Source: an uncultured Gammaproteobacteria bacterium (GTDB lineage Bacteria > Pseudomonadota > Gammaproteobacteria > CAWCPV01). Taken from it: 64,000 nt of DNA. Of this stretch, positions 61,642 through 64,000 are shown in pieces (position 1 is the stretch's first letter; each line of letters starts with the position of its first letter). The notes beneath the pieces were generated by a model, which was not told where the DNA came from, made no database searches, and saw nothing but the letters and a program-made list of their open reading frames with translations. The stretch lies in contig CAWCPV010000004.1 in assembly GCA_963797555.1 (NCBI GenBank), forward strand, positions 512,001 to 576,000. The letters run 5' to 3'. The position numbers and the translations under genes are program-made.

Positions 61642-62598
61642 GACAGCCTCCTTTCAAGCAGAGAGTGGGAAAGACCCACGCAAAGCTTGGCAGAGCAGTC
61701 ATGAGAGATCGCAAAACGTCAGGCGAAGATGAGGATCCGGCATAGCCGGTCGCATTACAGCGCCAAAATAGCGGAGCAGTTCAGCCAGAAACAATGCGAA
61801 AACGCCAAAAAAACCAAACCACCGCGTAAGCGGTTTAGTTCAACAGTGAGTGGACCTTAAAGTGCGGTGGTTAAACACGGACATTGGTCCGTCTATCCCG
61901 CAGACCGTGCCCCGGCCGCCAGACCCTCCGGTTTGCTTCCAACGGAGTGATGTGCTTGGACGAACAAGCGGTTGCATGACACTCGATCACTGACGAGGCC
62001 CGGCAAAGCAGGCGTCCCTTCCGGGGATAGGCGGACATTGTCCGTCTATCCTCGCACGCGTCCACGGGGAAGGTTGTTCCGCTCAGGACACGGCCTCCCA
62101 GCGCGGCCTGATGTCGTCGACCGCCTGGACGGTGCCGGGTCCTCTCATGGCCTCCCATGTGCCTCCCGGTGGTCTGGTCCGCCACCTTTTCGGCCGCCCT
62201 CCCCCGAGGAGGACCGGCTTGCCCGTGCAACCCCCCGGAGGGAGCGCTTGGCGCTCTAACGAAGTCTGACGAGCGCGAGACGGGCTGTCAAGGCGGGCGC
62301 GCGGTTTACCGGGCGGCCGACGCCCGGGCCATCGGGCACCGGCGGGCGCACCTCGCTGGCAACGGCGCGCGGCGGCCGAGCAGGATGTCGACGCGGCTCA
62401 TGCCGGTAAAGCACATTGACGTCGGCCCCCAGCCGCGGCGCAAGGGCCAGGTCGGGCCGTTCGGGTCCCTTGTGCGCCGCCGAGGACGCGCAGCCTCACG
62501 GGCGAGCGTCGGCGCCCAGCACTGTCTGAGCCCGGCGTCCCGCCGGATCGGCGGATGGCAGGTCAGCGAGCGCTGGCGCAGGCAGAAGCCGGCCCTCG

Positions 62599-64000
62599 CT
62601 AGGCCCTGTCACGCCGCCGCGCGCACCTGCGGGTGGGCGACCGGTTTGGCGTGCCTGTGGGCGATCCAGGTCTGGAACCTCTCCAGATACAGATAGATGA
62701 CCGGGGTGATGTAGAGGGTCAGCACCTGGGAGAACAGCAGCCCGCCCACCACCGCGAGACCCAGCGAGCGGCGCGTGTCTCGCTCCCGCCCCCAGGCCGA
62801 GCGCGATGGGCAGGCTGCCCATGAGGGCGGCCATGGTGGTCATCATGATGGGGCGGAAGCGGATCAGGCAGGCGTGGTAGATGGCCTGCAGCGGCGTCAT
62901 GCCTTCCCGGCGCTGTGCCTCGAGCGCGAAGTCGATCATCATGATGGCGTTCTTCTTGACGATGCCGACCAGCATGATGATGCCGACGAAGCCGTACATG
63001 TTGAGATCCAGGTGAAACAGACAGCGTCAACAGGGCGCCGAGGCCCGCGGAAGGCAGGCCGGAGAGCATGGTGAGGGGGTGCATGAAGCTCTCGTAGAGG
63101 ATGCCGAGCACCAGATAGATGACCAGGATGGCGATGAGCAGCAGCAGGCCCAGCCCTGGAGGGAGGCTTGGAAAGCCTGGGCGGCGCCCTGGAAGCTCGC
63201 GGTGAGCGTGGCGGGCAGGTTCAGTTCGCTCTTCGACCCGTTCGATCTGGTCGATGGCCTCGCCCAGGGACACGCCGGGCCTGAGGTTGAAGGAGAGCGT
63301 CACCGCGGGCAGTTGCCCGAGGTGGTTGACGGTCAGCGGGCCGGCGCCGCGGGTCATGCGCGCCACGGTGCTGAGGGGCACCAGCGCGCCGTTCGAGGAG
63401 CGCACGTAGAGCGGGACAGGGCCGAGGCATCGCGCTGGTATTCCGGCGCCAGCTCCAGGATCACCCAGTACTCGTTGCTCGGCGCGTAGATGGTGGACAC
63501 CTGGCGTGACCCGTAGGCGCTCTACAGCGCATTCTCGATCTGGCCGGGCGTGACGCCCAGCGCTGCGGCCTTGTCGCGGTCGATGTCCAGCGTTCACCTG
63601 CGGGTTGTTGATCTGCAGATCGGTGGTGACGTCCTGAAAGCCCGGCAGGGTGCGCAGCTTCGCCTCCAGGATCGGTGCCCATTCGGTACAGCTCGTCGGG
63701 GTCGGCGTCCTGCAGGGTGTACTGATACTGGCTCTTGGTGAGCTGGCCGCCGATGCGGATGGGCGGCAGGTTCTGCGAGATAGGCCTTGATGCCCGGCAC
63801 GGCGGCCAGCTTGGGGCGCAGCTCCTGGATAATCTCGTCGGCCGTCAGCTGCGCTCCCCGACACGGCTTGAGGCGGATGAAGAGCGGGCCGGTGTTGGCC
63901 GTGGCCGCGAGCCGCCGGCGCCGACCGACGGACATGAAGCCATGCACATTCGGGTCCGCGCGCGATGATCTCGGCCAGCGCCGCTGGTTTTTGCACCATG
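62599..64000 (-). CDS. RND permease (MdtB/C-like) 3' part, many frameshifts; 5' end outside window
   Basis: [16 protein letters not shown]; LGILYES; [14 protein letters not shown]; RFRPIMMTT. Confidence 0.85.

Larger units (their letters stand above)
59255..61844 (-). mobile_element. Tyrosine recombinase + IS91-like transposase element, copy 2 (2590 bp)
   Basis: Boundaries defined by identity with copy 1; starts GTTGAAC, ends CTATTCGTT. Confidence 0.92.

Noticed and set aside
54328-61844. Composite transposon, or assembly duplication, formed by the two copies
   Set aside because: The copies differ by several SNPs/indels and each has its own reconstructable empty site, so they are independent insertions.
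62599-64000. Programmed frameshifting or pseudogenisation of the RND gene
   Set aside because: Dense scattered 1-nt indels are more consistent with low-quality consensus sequence.

Overview
GC-rich (visually about 65-70%) bacterial accessory region, probably proteobacterial, with many 1-nt frameshifts, some of which are likely consensus errors. From left to right: a double-length uvrA (running off the left edge), a RHH/RelE toxin-antitoxin (TA) pair and a P-loop ATPase. Next is a compact diversity-generating retroelement (DGR) module, a TR/VR pair with 22 substitutions all at template adenines plus hairpins, its own promoter and a spacer but no RT or avd, targeting a DUF4062-NACHT-FGE/CLec gene. 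A 7-kb graveyard of TA modules follows, then a 4-gene block bracketed by inverted REP-like repeats, an RND efflux operon, a second DUF4062-nSTAND-FGE/CLec gene with a VR-like tail, RloA/RloB (AbiL-like), an operon of three RoxA-like dihaem cytochromes with a Tat GMC oxidoreductase, a truncated group II intron, a P-type ATPase and RAYT/IS debris. Near the right end is a minus-strand integron-type cassette array with no intI (hypothetical, hicAB, AbiGi-like, multi-TIR). The most unusual signal is two 2.59-kb copies of a tyrosine recombinase + IS91-like HUH transposase element. Its ends form an attC-like hairpin, and it has inserted without target duplication at GTT, once at a cassette core site and once in-frame inside a cassette gene, so it looks like a self-mobile gene cassette.
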